The notes beneath the pieces are model-generated. The model did no database searches. It saw nothing but the letters and a program-made list of their open reading frames with translations, and was not told the DNA's origin. Shown here piece after piece: positions 25,919 through 35,414 of a DNA stretch of 40,230 nt (its first letter is position 1; every line of letters begins with the position of its first letter). Both the position numbers and the translations under genes were made by a program. This DNA comes from Candidatus Sumerlaeota bacterium (GTDB lineage Bacteria; Sumerlaeota; Sumerlaeia; JAPLSS01): positions 1 through 40,230 of the forward strand of contig JAPLSS010000446.1 in the NCBI GenBank assembly GCA_026398515.1, in the 5' to 3' direction.

Positions 25919-27537
25919 AAGCGTCGGCAAGTATGCCACATAACGTTGCATTACTCCGGTGTCTTACCTTTCTTCTTGCCAGCCTTGTGGTTGCACCGGT
26001 ATTCGCGCAGGACGAAACCCCATTCACCCAACTATTCGACACCCGCGTCTCTTCCGCTCAACCCCTTGGGGATGACGTGGTCGCCCTTCGAACGGGCTGG
26101 CAACTGGTCCCCGAGGACAACATCGATCACCGGTTCGCCGGGGACGCTGTGTTGTTGAACGACAAACTGGAGGTCATCCTAAGGGATCAGGGGCGCGGGG
26201 CGGAGGTGTACTCGAAAGGCCCCAGGGGCCTCGAGCGGCGAATTGCCATTAGTCACGCCGGCGTGGATTCGGCAATGGGCCAGCCGCTCGACGCCCTCAA
26301 GATCTTTGAGAACAACTCCGGCGCGGTGATGGTGGAAGCGTCGTTCAAAGACGCCAAGCCGGCGGCGCTGCGCTTTCGGCTCACCACCGGCGAATCGATT
26401 CTGGAGATTCGCCCCGGCGAAGGCGCCGCGTTTGTCACTGTTGAATCCAAGACCCGGTATGTGATTGTCCCCGATTTCTTCGGCGATGACCTGGTCTATG
26501 GCGCGGAATCCTTCACGGGCCGCGGCCTTCCGGCGGAGAACTTCTGGCTGAGTCTCCTCGATGGCGGCGACGCCATCGTGATGACGGTCTGCCAATCGAG
26601 TGAACAGAGAGTCTGGCTGGATGAAGCCAAAAGCCAGGCCTCTGGAGCCGACGAGCGCATCTGTTCCACGCGAATCGATTGCATCAAAGACAAGAGCATC
26701 TGGCTGGCCTTCCTCGAATCTCCCGGCATCTGGCGCGCCGCAAATGCGCCGGACAAGACCGAGCCGCCGTTCCCCGCGAAGTGGCGATGCAGCTTCGTTC
26801 GCGCGAATGGCGTCGCCGATTCGTGGGACGCCGGAGGCTCCATTCCTGACCAGGCCATGGGCCTTCACAAGGGACCGCTCATTACGTATCCGATCGACCG
26901 CGTCAGTTCGACTCCGCTTACGGCCGTCTGCCCCACGGATGTCATGCGGAACACCTTGGGCGTTGGCCCTTGTCAGTACATTTTGGCGGTTGAAGGTTTG
27001 TCGGCGGAAGGCGATCCTACGCCCAACAATGTGATGAACTGGGTGGAGAGGGAGTTCGAGCAGAACAAAGAGACGAAGGCCGCTGACGATATCAAGGCAC
27101 GGTTGGAGCAAATGTCCGAGCATGTGGCTGAAGCCCACGCACGAATCGAGCGATACGCGGAATTTGCCGACCAGATCCGGAGCCAGTTGACCGACAAACC
27201 AGGCGCGGAGCCGTTCGTCTCGATCATAGATGACCTCGACCGGTTCGTCGCCGCGGGCCAGACCCCGGCGGCCTCGCCGGAGAGTGCCAGGGAGTTAGCG
27301 GCCGAGGTGGCGGCGCTCATAGGCAAAGAGGATGCCCTTCTTGCCTGCCAGCGCCTCGGCGAGCCATTGCGATCCATCGGCGCGATCCAGGATGGCGCGC
27401 TCGCGAGGTGCCGCACGGCGGTCAGGCGCCTGAGGGAAGAGAGCCGCACGATTGCCGTCAAGCAGTCGCGAGATGCGGCCCTCGCGCAAGAGGTCGAGGG
27501 CCGAGCGCACGAAATGCTACAGAAATCCGAGAGGTGA
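25915..27537 (+). CDS. Secreted hypothetical protein, paralog of 27542..29857
   Basis: Re-started at ATG 25915 (ATGA overlap with the upstream stop); signal peptide; shares 'GDAVLLND', 'GAEVYS', 'PPFPA.WR', 'RNTLGVGPC.Y.L.VEG' with the next gene. Confidence 0.8.
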   Translation: MKASASMPHNVALLRCLTFLLASLVVAPVFAQDETPFTQLFDTRVSSAQPLGDDVVALRTGWQLVPEDNIDHRFAGDAVLLNDKLEVILRDQGRGAEVYSKGPRGLERRIAISHAGVDSAMGQPLDALKIFENNSGAVMVEASFKDAKPAALRFRLTTGESILEIRPGEGAAFVTVESKTRYVIVPDFFGDDLVYGAESFTGRGLPAENFWLSLLDGGDAIVMTVCQSSEQRVWLDEAKSQASGADERICSTRIDCIKDKSIWLAFLESPGIWRAANAPDKTEPPFPAKWRCSFVRANGVADSWDAGGSIPDQAMGLHKGPLITYPIDRVSSTPLTAVCPTDVMRNTLGVGPCQYILAVEGLSAEGDPTPNNVMNWVEREFEQNKETKAADDIKARLEQMSEHVAEAHARIERYAEFADQIRSQLTDKPGAEPFVSIIDDLDRFVAAGQTPAASPESARELAAEVAALIGKEDALLACQRLGEPLRSIGAIQDGALARCRTAVRRLREESRTIAVKQSRDAALAQEVEGRAHEMLQKSER

Positions 27538-27541
27538 AGTG

Positions 27542-29857
27542 ATGAAGACCCGGCGGATTCCGATTCTGACGTGCCTGGCCGCTCTTGCTTCCATCCCGGC
27601 CGCTTGGGCGGCGGGTGAAGCTTCCACGAATTCCTTCGGCAACCCCAGCTTCGAGTTGGGCAGAGATGGCTGGCAATTGGACAAAGCCGGAAAGACGGAG
27701 TGCCAGCTGGTCGTAGATGACAAGGACGCCGCGGACGGTCAGTACAGCGCTCTGCTGACGATGGGTCCGGCCGAAGAGTGGGGCGCGCAGTTCGGCCAGT
27801 CCTTTCCCGCCGGCGATATGGGGAAGACCTACACCTTCGCCGTCTTCGCCAAGAGTGTGAAAGGCCCCGTCGAGGTCACCCTTCAGGTTGAGCGTAGCGC
27901 CGAGCCATGCGACAGAGCCGGCGAGAGCGAGCCGATGCATCTGACGGAGGAATGGCAGGAATTCCACCTGACGTTCACCGTCGAGCAGAAATTCCATCAG
28001 GGCTGGTTTTCTTATGTTAGCTGCACTCAGCCGAACGCCCAGTTCCGCGTCGATATGTATCGGCTTTATGAAGGACAATATAAACCCTATAAGGAAATCG
28101 CCGAACAACAGGCCGCCGTGGCCGCCGTGCGCTTGTTCGACTCCGGCGCGCGATCGTCGGCCCCGCTCACCGCGGAAGACCTAACGAACAGGACCGGCTG
28201 GACCGAGATCGGCCAAGAGGATGTCGCGCACAAATTCAAAGGAGACGCAGTTCTCCTGAATGACCGGCTCGCCTGCGTCCTTCGCCGGGGCGCGCACGGC
28301 GCCGAGGTTTACTCGATCGGCTCCGATGCCGCGACGCCGCGAGCGGTGCTGTCTCCACTAGGCGCTGCAATGGCCGACAAACTTACATCATTCACGATTG
28401 TAGAGAACAATCCCGGCGCCGCGGCGGCCGATGTAGTGTTCGCGACAGGCGATAAAAAGACTCTCACCCTGCGCTATCAGCTAAGAGTGGGTCAGCCATT
28501 CGTTCAAACCGAGGCGCGGGCGGAGGCGTCGGGTCTGCGTGTTGAGGCCCCGTGCCGCTTCGCGGTGATGCTGGACTTCTTCTCGGACGACATCGTGATC
28601 GATGGCGCCGCATTGCCCGTCGCACAGGCCGAGTTGCCCAGCGACAATATCGTCCTTCACCTGGCGCCCGATGGTCAGGCGATCGTGATGACGGTAGTGA
28701 AAACGAGCGAGGAGGACATCCGAGTCTCACTTTCCGGCGACGGCGACGAGCGAAGGATCGACAGCACCGAACTGCGCTATGGCAAAGATGGGAAGATCTG
28801 GGTGGGCGTCATGACGGGCGCGGCGATCTGGCATGAACAAGAGATCGCTCCCGAGCAAGCCGGCCAGGTCGTCCGCATGGATTGGAAGCCGCCGTTCCCC
28901 GCGCAGTGGCGCGTCGATTGGCGGCGGGTAGAGAATGCGACGGACAGTTGGGAAATGATCACCGAACGGCCGGACCGCAGTTATGCCAAACCCGGCTTGT
29001 TCGGCGAGCCGGACACGATCCCCAAGAACCGAAAACGATGGACCACTGTGCTGGGGGACTTTAGATACCCGTGCTGGCTGGATAAGAATGGCCTTGCCTT
29101 CCTCCAACCACTCAAGTCGGACGCGCTTCGTTTCCAGGGACCGGCGATCGTCTACCCGATCAATCGGATCTCTGCCACCGCGCTCGATACCTTCACCGTA
29201 GTCGACATCGTGCGGAACACGCTCGGCGTCGGGCCGTGCGAGTATGTTCTAGATGTCGAGGGACAGCAGTCCGAATACAAAGGCATGGCCACGTGCGCCG
29301 TGAGAGACGCGCTGAATCCGATCTACGAGGCCAAGCAGCAAGTGGAACGCAAGGCCGAGGTCGAGAAAGTCCTCGAAGACCTGATGATCTTCATCCGACA
29401 TATACGCGGGCGTATTGAAAGTTATGTGACCTTCGGACACGAAACCTTCGCCTATTTGGAAGAGCAGAAGAATGCCCATCCAGAACTATCCGAGCCGCTG
29501 GCCGAATTAGAGGCTCTTGCACGCCGGATTGACGATAAGTACGCCGAGCGGCAGGAAAAGATCAAGACGCCGGACTTCGTCGCGCAAACGGTGGAGGATT
29601 TCCGCAAGACAGTGCTGAATGACCAAGGCGACGATGCAGCGGCGCAGTGCAAGCTGTTCACGGAGAGATGGGTGGATATCGGAGGAAACCAGGACGAACT
29701 CGTGGGCGAATGCCGCTGGGCGGCGAAGATGCTCCGCCAACGCGCCGGGCTGATGATGGCCGCCGACCCGCGATTGGCCGACGTTGCCAAGAAGATTCGG
29801 CAGCGCAGCCAGGTCGTGCTGCGGAATCCAGCCAACCACGAAAGCGCGGAACACTAA
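27542..29857 (+). CDS. Secreted hypothetical protein with N-terminal galactose-binding/CBM4-like domain, paralog of 25915..27537
   Basis: GAGGTG RBS and signal peptide; 'NPSFE...W...KTYTFAVFAK...LTEEWQEF' CBM-like module; then the shared blocks and a helical C-terminus. Confidence 0.8.
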   Translation: MKTRRIPILTCLAALASIPAAWAAGEASTNSFGNPSFELGRDGWQLDKAGKTECQLVVDDKDAADGQYSALLTMGPAEEWGAQFGQSFPAGDMGKTYTFAVFAKSVKGPVEVTLQVERSAEPCDRAGESEPMHLTEEWQEFHLTFTVEQKFHQGWFSYVSCTQPNAQFRVDMYRLYEGQYKPYKEIAEQQAAVAAVRLFDSGARSSAPLTAEDLTNRTGWTEIGQEDVAHKFKGDAVLLNDRLACVLRRGAHGAEVYSIGSDAATPRAVLSPLGAAMADKLTSFTIVENNPGAAAADVVFATGDKKTLTLRYQLRVGQPFVQTEARAEASGLRVEAPCRFAVMLDFFSDDIVIDGAALPVAQAELPSDNIVLHLAPDGQAIVMTVVKTSEEDIRVSLSGDGDERRIDSTELRYGKDGKIWVGVMTGAAIWHEQEIAPEQAGQVVRMDWKPPFPAQWRVDWRRVENATDSWEMITERPDRSYAKPGLFGEPDTIPKNRKRWTTVLGDFRYPCWLDKNGLAFLQPLKSDALRFQGPAIVYPINRISATALDTFTVVDIVRNTLGVGPCEYVLDVEGQQSEYKGMATCAVRDALNPIYEAKQQVERKAEVEKVLEDLMIFIRHIRGRIESYVTFGHETFAYLEEQKNAHPELSEPLAELEALARRIDDKYAERQEKIKTPDFVAQTVEDFRKTVLNDQGDDAAAQCKLFTERWVDIGGNQDELVGECRWAAKMLRQRAGLMMAADPRLADVAKKIRQRSQVVLRNPANHESAEH

Positions 29858-29876
29858 GAGAAGGAAGAGATCTGTC

Positions 29877-30782
29877 GTGTCCAATCGCATACCTATCATA
29901 TTGCGTTGGCGGACTCCGCTAGCGTTTGCCTTGGCAGCGCTCTTGATCCTCAGTTGCGGGCCGAGCGGCAAGTTGGCCGACACATCCCTAGCTTCCGCGC
30001 CCAAAATCATCGTAACGACGACCGGTGTCGAAATGGCTCTTCTTCCCGAAGGCGAATTCCTCATGGGGGACGAAAGCGGCGACGCCGATGAGAAACCCGC
30101 GCACAAGTCACAGGTCGGCGCCTTCTGCATGGATACGCGCGAGGTCACACAGAAGGCCTATGAGAGTTTGATGGAGAAGAACCCTTCCAAGTCCAAAGGC
30201 CCTGACAAACCGGTCGAGCAGGTGGACTGGGTCCGAGCGGCGCTCTACTGCAACATGCGTTCTCTCAAAGAGGGCCTGACTCCCTGCTACGACACAAGGA
30301 CCCTGGCCTGCAATTTCGACGCCGCCGGATACCGGCTTCCCACCGAAGCGGAATGGGAATATGCCTGCCGCGCTGGCGCCCGCACGAAGTATTCCTTCGG
30401 CGACGATCCCGCCCGGCTCGGGAGTTGCGCCTGGTTCAAGGCCAATGCCGACCAGACCACGCATCCCGTTGCCCAGAAGGCGCCCAATGCCTGGGGCCTG
30501 TACGACATGCATGGGAATGTGGCGGAATGGTGCAACGACGTTTATGGCGATAGCTTCTACCAGAACGCCGAAGGCAAGGACCCTCGCGGGCCGTCCTCGG
30601 GGGACAAACGCGTCCTGCGAGGGGGCGGCTGGAACTCCAACGCCGATGGTTGCCGATCCTCGGCGCGCACCAGTGAAAACGCGCGGTTCGCCGACGCCTG
30701 CTTTGGGTCGGATTCCTATGGCTTCCGCTGCGTGCGAAGAGCGCCGCCGCAGGAGCGGCAGACGCAGGCACAGTCACAGTGA
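29877..30782 (+). CDS. FGE-sulfatase (SUMF1-fold) domain protein, probable lipoprotein, paralog of 24080..24985
   Basis: 'GEFLMG', 'YRLPTEAEWEYACRAG', 'NAWGLYDMHGNVAEW', 'GFRC'; lipobox-like 'ILSC'; GTG start chosen after the upstream stop. Confidence 0.9.
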   Translation: MSNRIPIILRWRTPLAFALAALLILSCGPSGKLADTSLASAPKIIVTTTGVEMALLPEGEFLMGDESGDADEKPAHKSQVGAFCMDTREVTQKAYESLMEKNPSKSKGPDKPVEQVDWVRAALYCNMRSLKEGLTPCYDTRTLACNFDAAGYRLPTEAEWEYACRAGARTKYSFGDDPARLGSCAWFKANADQTTHPVAQKAPNAWGLYDMHGNVAEWCNDVYGDSFYQNAEGKDPRGPSSGDKRVLRGGGWNSNADGCRSSARTSENARFADACFGSDSYGFRCVRRAPPQERQTQAQSQ

Positions 30783-30823
30783 CAGATTCCCGCCGGCGAT
30801 GACCCTACGAGATCCGCGCGAAC

Positions 30824-32239
30824 ATGCTCTTCCACACCTGGCCATTCCTCCTATTCCTGCTCGTCGTTCTGCCGGTCTTCTACTCGTTGCGAAATACCCC
30901 GCTGTGGCTGCCTTGGCTCACCGCCGCCTCGTACTTCTTCTACGCTTGGTCGAATTCCTATGCCCTTTTGGTTGTATTATATATCACGGCTTTCGATTTC
31001 ATTCTCGTCGCGCGGATCGATCGGTCGCCCGCCGAAAGCCGCGGTCGTGGAATCTGGTTTGCGATCGCCCTTGTGGGCAACCTCTTTCCCCTGCTGTTCT
31101 TCAAATACGCCCGCTTCGTCGCCGAGAACCTTAACGCGCTGTTCTCCTGCTTGCATGTCGCGCTGAGATTGCCCGATCCATCGGGGCTCATGCCGTTCGG
31201 CCTCCCTTATCTCCTTCCCGCCGGCATTTCGTTCTTCACCTTCCAATCGCTGAGCTACATCCTTGATGTCTACCTCGGCAAGGCGCCCCGCGAGCGCAAC
31301 TTGCTCCGATTCGCCAATTTCGTCTGCTTCTTTCCCCAAGTGATGGCCGGCCCCATCGAGCGCCCTGGACATCTGTTGCCACAGTTTCGTCAATTCCCGG
31401 CGATCCGCCTGCGAAACATCACCGACGGCTTGTCGCTTTTCCTTCTCGGGCTGTTCAAGAAGGTGGCGCTGGCCAGCTACCTGTCGTTGTACGTCGACCG
31501 TGTATACGACAATCCCAGCGTGTGCGGCGCCCCGGATCTGATCCTGGCGACGATCGCATTCGCCTGGCAGATCTACTTCGACTTCAGCGGATACACCGAC
31601 ATGGCCCGCGGCGTCGCTGAACTCCTGGGCTTCCGTCTCGTGCTGAACTTCAACAATCCCTACCTGGCGACCGGCTTGGGCGATTTCTGGCGTCGTTGGC
31701 ACATCTCCTTTTCACGATGGATCTTGGATTATATCTTCATGCCGCTCCAGATGCTCTGGCGGGAGCGGCGATTCGCCGGCACGGCGGCCGCGCTGGTGAT
31801 CACCTTTCTCGTCTCCGGCATTTGGCACGGCGCGGCATGGACCTTTGTCATTTGGGGCGCCCTTCATGGCGTCGGCCTCGCGGCGACGTATCAGATGGAG
31901 CGGTCCGCCTGGTACCGCAAGCGCGTGCCATCCGTCCTCAAGCAGGCGGGGGTCTTCGCCTATGTTTGTTTCACCTGGGTATTCTTCCGAGCCAACTCGC
32001 TCGACGATGCGGTGTTGATTATTCGGCGCATCTTCACCGCGGCCTGGCAGGGCCCGCAAGTGCCCGCGCTGATGCTTGGTTCGGTCATCCTGGTGTGGCT
32101 ATATCAGTATTTGTATGAATCGAGATGGCGCGCGATCCTTGAGACCGGCGTCGTCCGCCTGGGGCTGGCGGCCCTGATGGCGCTTAGTCTTTGCCTCTGC
32201 TCCTCGGGCGGCGGCAGCTTTATCTACTTCCGGTTCTAA
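30824..32239 (+). CDS. MBOAT family O-acyltransferase (AlgI/DltB-like)
   Basis: 'LPAGISFFTFQSLSY', 'FFPQVMAGPIER', 'YFDFSGYTDMA', 'FWRRWHISFS', catalytic 'GIWHGA', C-terminal 'FIYFRF'. Confidence 0.95.
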   Translation: MLFHTWPFLLFLLVVLPVFYSLRNTPLWLPWLTAASYFFYAWSNSYALLVVLYITAFDFILVARIDRSPAESRGRGIWFAIALVGNLFPLLFFKYARFVAENLNALFSCLHVALRLPDPSGLMPFGLPYLLPAGISFFTFQSLSYILDVYLGKAPRERNLLRFANFVCFFPQVMAGPIERPGHLLPQFRQFPAIRLRNITDGLSLFLLGLFKKVALASYLSLYVDRVYDNPSVCGAPDLILATIAFAWQIYFDFSGYTDMARGVAELLGFRLVLNFNNPYLATGLGDFWRRWHISFSRWILDYIFMPLQMLWRERRFAGTAAALVITFLVSGIWHGAAWTFVIWGALHGVGLAATYQMERSAWYRKRVPSVLKQAGVFAYVCFTWVFFRANSLDDAVLIIRRIFTAAWQGPQVPALMLGSVILVWLYQYLYESRWRAILETGVVRLGLAALMALSLCLCSSGGGSFIYFRF

Positions 32240-32246
32240 CTCCGCC

Positions 32247-33440
32247 ATGGTAAACGAATCGCCAAACGCGAAGACAAATGGACCTCTGGCCGCTCCCTCG
32301 GTGGCGGAAACGCTTTTTGCCTCGAACGCCTTCCGACTCAACGGCCGGCAATGGCTCGCGGCATCTGCGATTCTATTGGCGGTCACGTTGTTGACTTCGC
32401 CCCTTTGGGAGCGAATCGAGCGCTACGAGACCGGTCCCGATTATCGCATCCCCTATGACCTCAGCAATGACTACTGGCTCTATGAACGAATGCTCCGGCA
32501 AACCTCCGCCCCCAATCGAATCGTCGTTCTCGGCGATTCTGTTGTGTGGGGAGAGTATGTCTTGCCGGACGGCGCCTTGTCGCATTTCCTGAATCAGCAG
32601 GCCGGAGTGTCCGATCGTTACATCAACGGCGGGTTGAACGGTTCTTTCCCGCTGGCGCTGGAGGGGTTGATCGACTACTATGGACAAGCGTTGCGCCACT
32701 GTCGGGTGATCGTGCATTGCAATGTGCTGTGGATGACGAGCCCGAAAGCGGATCTCAGCACGGAGAAGGAAGAGCGATTCAACCACTCCGGACTTGTGCC
32801 ACAGTTTTGCCCGCGCATTCCTTGTTACAAGGCCGACGCTGACGAACGCCTCGGAGCTGTCGTTGAGCGTGAGTTTGGTTTCGTGCAATGGGTGAAGCAC
32901 CTGCAGAGCGCCTATTTTGAGCGGATGAGCATTCCGAAGTGGACATTGGAGGAGGATAACGGGACGCCGCCGCGGCGCCCCAACCTCTGGCGGAATCCGC
33001 TCCGGCAAATCACGCTAACGGTTCCCGAGCCTCCTCCTGAGGATCCCCAACGCGGTCCGACGAGTTCGCGACATAAGCCGTGGTCGGAGGATGGGGAAGG
33101 CGCGGCCCGTTTTGACTGGGTTCCTCTGGGTTCGTCGCTCCAATGGCAAGCCTTCCAGCGTTTGATTGGCAGGCTCCAGGACGGCGGCAATGATGTCCTG
33201 GTGGTCGTGGGGCCTTTCAACGAACATATGATGGCGACGGAGAACCGGCCGGCGTATTCGGAGATTCGGAACGGCATCGCGGCTTGGCTCACGGAGCACA
33301 ACATACTCCATGTGGTTCCGGAGGCTTTGCCCAGCGCGCTCTACGCCGACGCCAGCCATCCCCTCACCGAAGGCTATGAGTTGCTGGCGCAGCGGCTCTA
33401 CGAAAACCCGGATTTCCAGAGGTGGGTCCGAGGAGAGTGA
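32247..33440 (+). CDS. Membrane-anchored SGNH-like protein (AlgJ/DltD-type acyl-transfer partner)
   Basis: One N-terminal hydrophobic helix, 'VVLGDS', 'INGGLNG', C-terminal 'DASHP' (DxxH); directly after the MBOAT gene. Confidence 0.75.
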   Translation: MVNESPNAKTNGPLAAPSVAETLFASNAFRLNGRQWLAASAILLAVTLLTSPLWERIERYETGPDYRIPYDLSNDYWLYERMLRQTSAPNRIVVLGDSVVWGEYVLPDGALSHFLNQQAGVSDRYINGGLNGSFPLALEGLIDYYGQALRHCRVIVHCNVLWMTSPKADLSTEKEERFNHSGLVPQFCPRIPCYKADADERLGAVVEREFGFVQWVKHLQSAYFERMSIPKWTLEEDNGTPPRRPNLWRNPLRQITLTVPEPPPEDPQRGPTSSRHKPWSEDGEGAARFDWVPLGSSLQWQAFQRLIGRLQDGGNDVLVVVGPFNEHMMATENRPAYSEIRNGIAAWLTEHNILHVVPEALPSALYADASHPLTEGYELLAQRLYENPDFQRWVRGE

Positions 33441-33478
33441 ATCCGCTCTTATGACTTCTCGAAGGGAGGGGCTGAAGC

Positions 33479-35098
33479 ATGCTGATCAGGAATAACCAAT
33501 TCAACGTAGGCCACATTTGCACTTGCTTGCAGTGTGAACTTGGCCATTCAGGGAAGCTCGCCATGAAGTGGCTCGGCCCCCGAGGCGAGAAGGCGTCGTT
33601 CACTTTCGAGGATCTGAATCAGCAGAGTTCGCGCTTTGCCAACATTCTCGGGAGCCTTGGCTTTGCGCCCGGCGACGTATTTTTCATCTTTCTGCCAAAG
33701 ATCCCGGAGGTGTACTTCGCCTTTCTGGGCACCCTGAAAGCCCGGGTCATCGTGGGGACGCTGTTCTCCAACTTCGGCGACGAGGCGTTGCTCGACCGGT
33801 TGGGCGATTGCCGGGCCAAAGGCGTGCTCACCCGGAAGAGTTACTTGAAGAAACTGTTGCGCATTCGTGACAAGCTTCCGGCGCTTCGGCGCATCCTGCT
33901 GGTTGATGTGGATGATCATCCGGCTGGCGACATACTTAGCTTGCCGAAGCTACTGGCCGAGTCGTCCCCGCAGTTTGCCACGCCGTTGACGCCTCCGGAG
34001 ACTCCGTCCGTGCTTCATTACACGTCCGGTTCCACCGGCAAACCTAAGGGCGCGCTGCATCGGCATCGGAGCGTGGCGCTGCAACATCGAACAGCCCGCG
34101 ACGTTCTCTGTCTTCAACCGGACGATCGGTATTGGTGCACGGCAGACCATGGATGGGTGACCGGAACCTCCTATGGCATCATCGGTCCGTGGAGCCTGGG
34201 CATCTCTCAGATTCACTATGGCGGAGTTTTCGATCCCGCACGGTGGTCTGAAGTCCTCCAGGACGAACGTATCACCGTCTGGTACACGGCGCCAACCGCC
34301 TTGCGCATGTTGATGCGGCAGGAGCCGGCCTTCTTCTCCCGATATGATCTCTCGCGCTTGCGCCACATTTTTAGCGTGGGCGAGCCGTTGAATCCGGAGA
34401 TCGTGCATTGGGGACGCAAGATCTTCGGCAAGGAGATTCATGACACCTGGTGGCAGACAGAAACGGGGGCGATCCTGATAGCCAATCGGCCGGGGCTGCC
34501 CGTCAGACCTGGCTCCATGGGCCGGCCGCTCGACGGGATTGAGGCCGGAATTCTCGCCGATGACGGCGCGCCTCTTCCCAACAATGAACAAGGAAACCTG
34601 TGCCTCAGGCCGGGATGGGATTCCATGTTCATCGCCTATTATGGCCACGACGACATCTATCAGCAGAAGTTCCGCCAGGGATGGTATTGGACGGGAGACA
34701 CCGCGCGCCGCGACGATGAAGGATACTATTGGTTCATGGGCCGGAGCGATGACGTCATCAATACCGCAGGCCATTTGGTCAGTCCATTCGAGGTCGAGAG
34801 CGCGTTGCTCGAATTGGAGGCCATCGCCGAATCAGGCGTCATTGCGGCGCCGGACGCTCTGTTGTTTGAAAAGGTGGTGGCGTACGTGGCATTGCGGGAG
34901 GGCTTCGTTTGGGACGGTGATTTGGAACTCACTGCGCGTCTGCACGTGTCGAACCGGGTCTCGACCATGGCCACGCCCCAGGAGTTCTTTGTGGTTGATA
35001 GCATTCCCAAGACCAAGAGCGGCAAAATCATGCGGCGGGTTCTCAAGGCCCGCTATCTCGGGATGGATGCCGGGGATGTTAGCGCCCTGGAGATATAG
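33479..35098 (+). CDS. Acyl-adenylate-forming enzyme, acetyl-CoA synthetase-like
   Basis: 'YTSGSTGKPKG', 'WCTADHGWVTG', 'YTAPTA', 'SVGEPLN', 'DTWWQTETG', 'GRSDD', 'PKTKSGKIMRR'. Confidence 0.92.
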   Translation: MLIRNNQFNVGHICTCLQCELGHSGKLAMKWLGPRGEKASFTFEDLNQQSSRFANILGSLGFAPGDVFFIFLPKIPEVYFAFLGTLKARVIVGTLFSNFGDEALLDRLGDCRAKGVLTRKSYLKKLLRIRDKLPALRRILLVDVDDHPAGDILSLPKLLAESSPQFATPLTPPETPSVLHYTSGSTGKPKGALHRHRSVALQHRTARDVLCLQPDDRYWCTADHGWVTGTSYGIIGPWSLGISQIHYGGVFDPARWSEVLQDERITVWYTAPTALRMLMRQEPAFFSRYDLSRLRHIFSVGEPLNPEIVHWGRKIFGKEIHDTWWQTETGAILIANRPGLPVRPGSMGRPLDGIEAGILADDGAPLPNNEQGNLCLRPGWDSMFIAYYGHDDIYQQKFRQGWYWTGDTARRDDEGYYWFMGRSDDVINTAGHLVSPFEVESALLELEAIAESGVIAAPDALLFEKVVAYVALREGFVWDGDLELTARLHVSNRVSTMATPQEFFVVDSIPKTKSGKIMRRVLKARYLGMDAGDVSALEI

Positions 35099-35124
35099 AA
35101 CGCCATGAATGGAATGTGGACACT

Positions 35125-35358
35125 ATGACGACAATGGAGAGACTGACGGAGATCTTCCGCAGGGTGTTCGCGGATGAGGAAATTCACCTCCGTCCCGAGA
35201 TGACGGCCGGCGACGTGGATGGCTGGGACTCGCTGTCGCACGTCAACCTGATTCTCGCGGTGGAGAGAGGCTTCGGCATTCGTTTTCAGCAGAAGGAATT
35301 GCTGGCGTTTCGAAATGTGGGAGATCTGTTGGAAAGCATCGAGAAGAAACTGACTTGA
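35125..35358 (+). CDS. Acyl carrier protein
   Basis: Small acidic protein with 'GWDSLSH' phosphopantetheine attachment motif; start could be 35116, 35125 or 35134. Confidence 0.92.
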   Translation: MTTMERLTEIFRRVFADEEIHLRPEMTAGDVDGWDSLSHVNLILAVERGFGIRFQQKELLAFRNVGDLLESIEKKLT

Positions 35359-35414
35359 TGGAGTCTCGGAGCGGATTCGTTGGCGTGGACCTTTCGGCTG
35401 ACAGGGGGTGTGAC

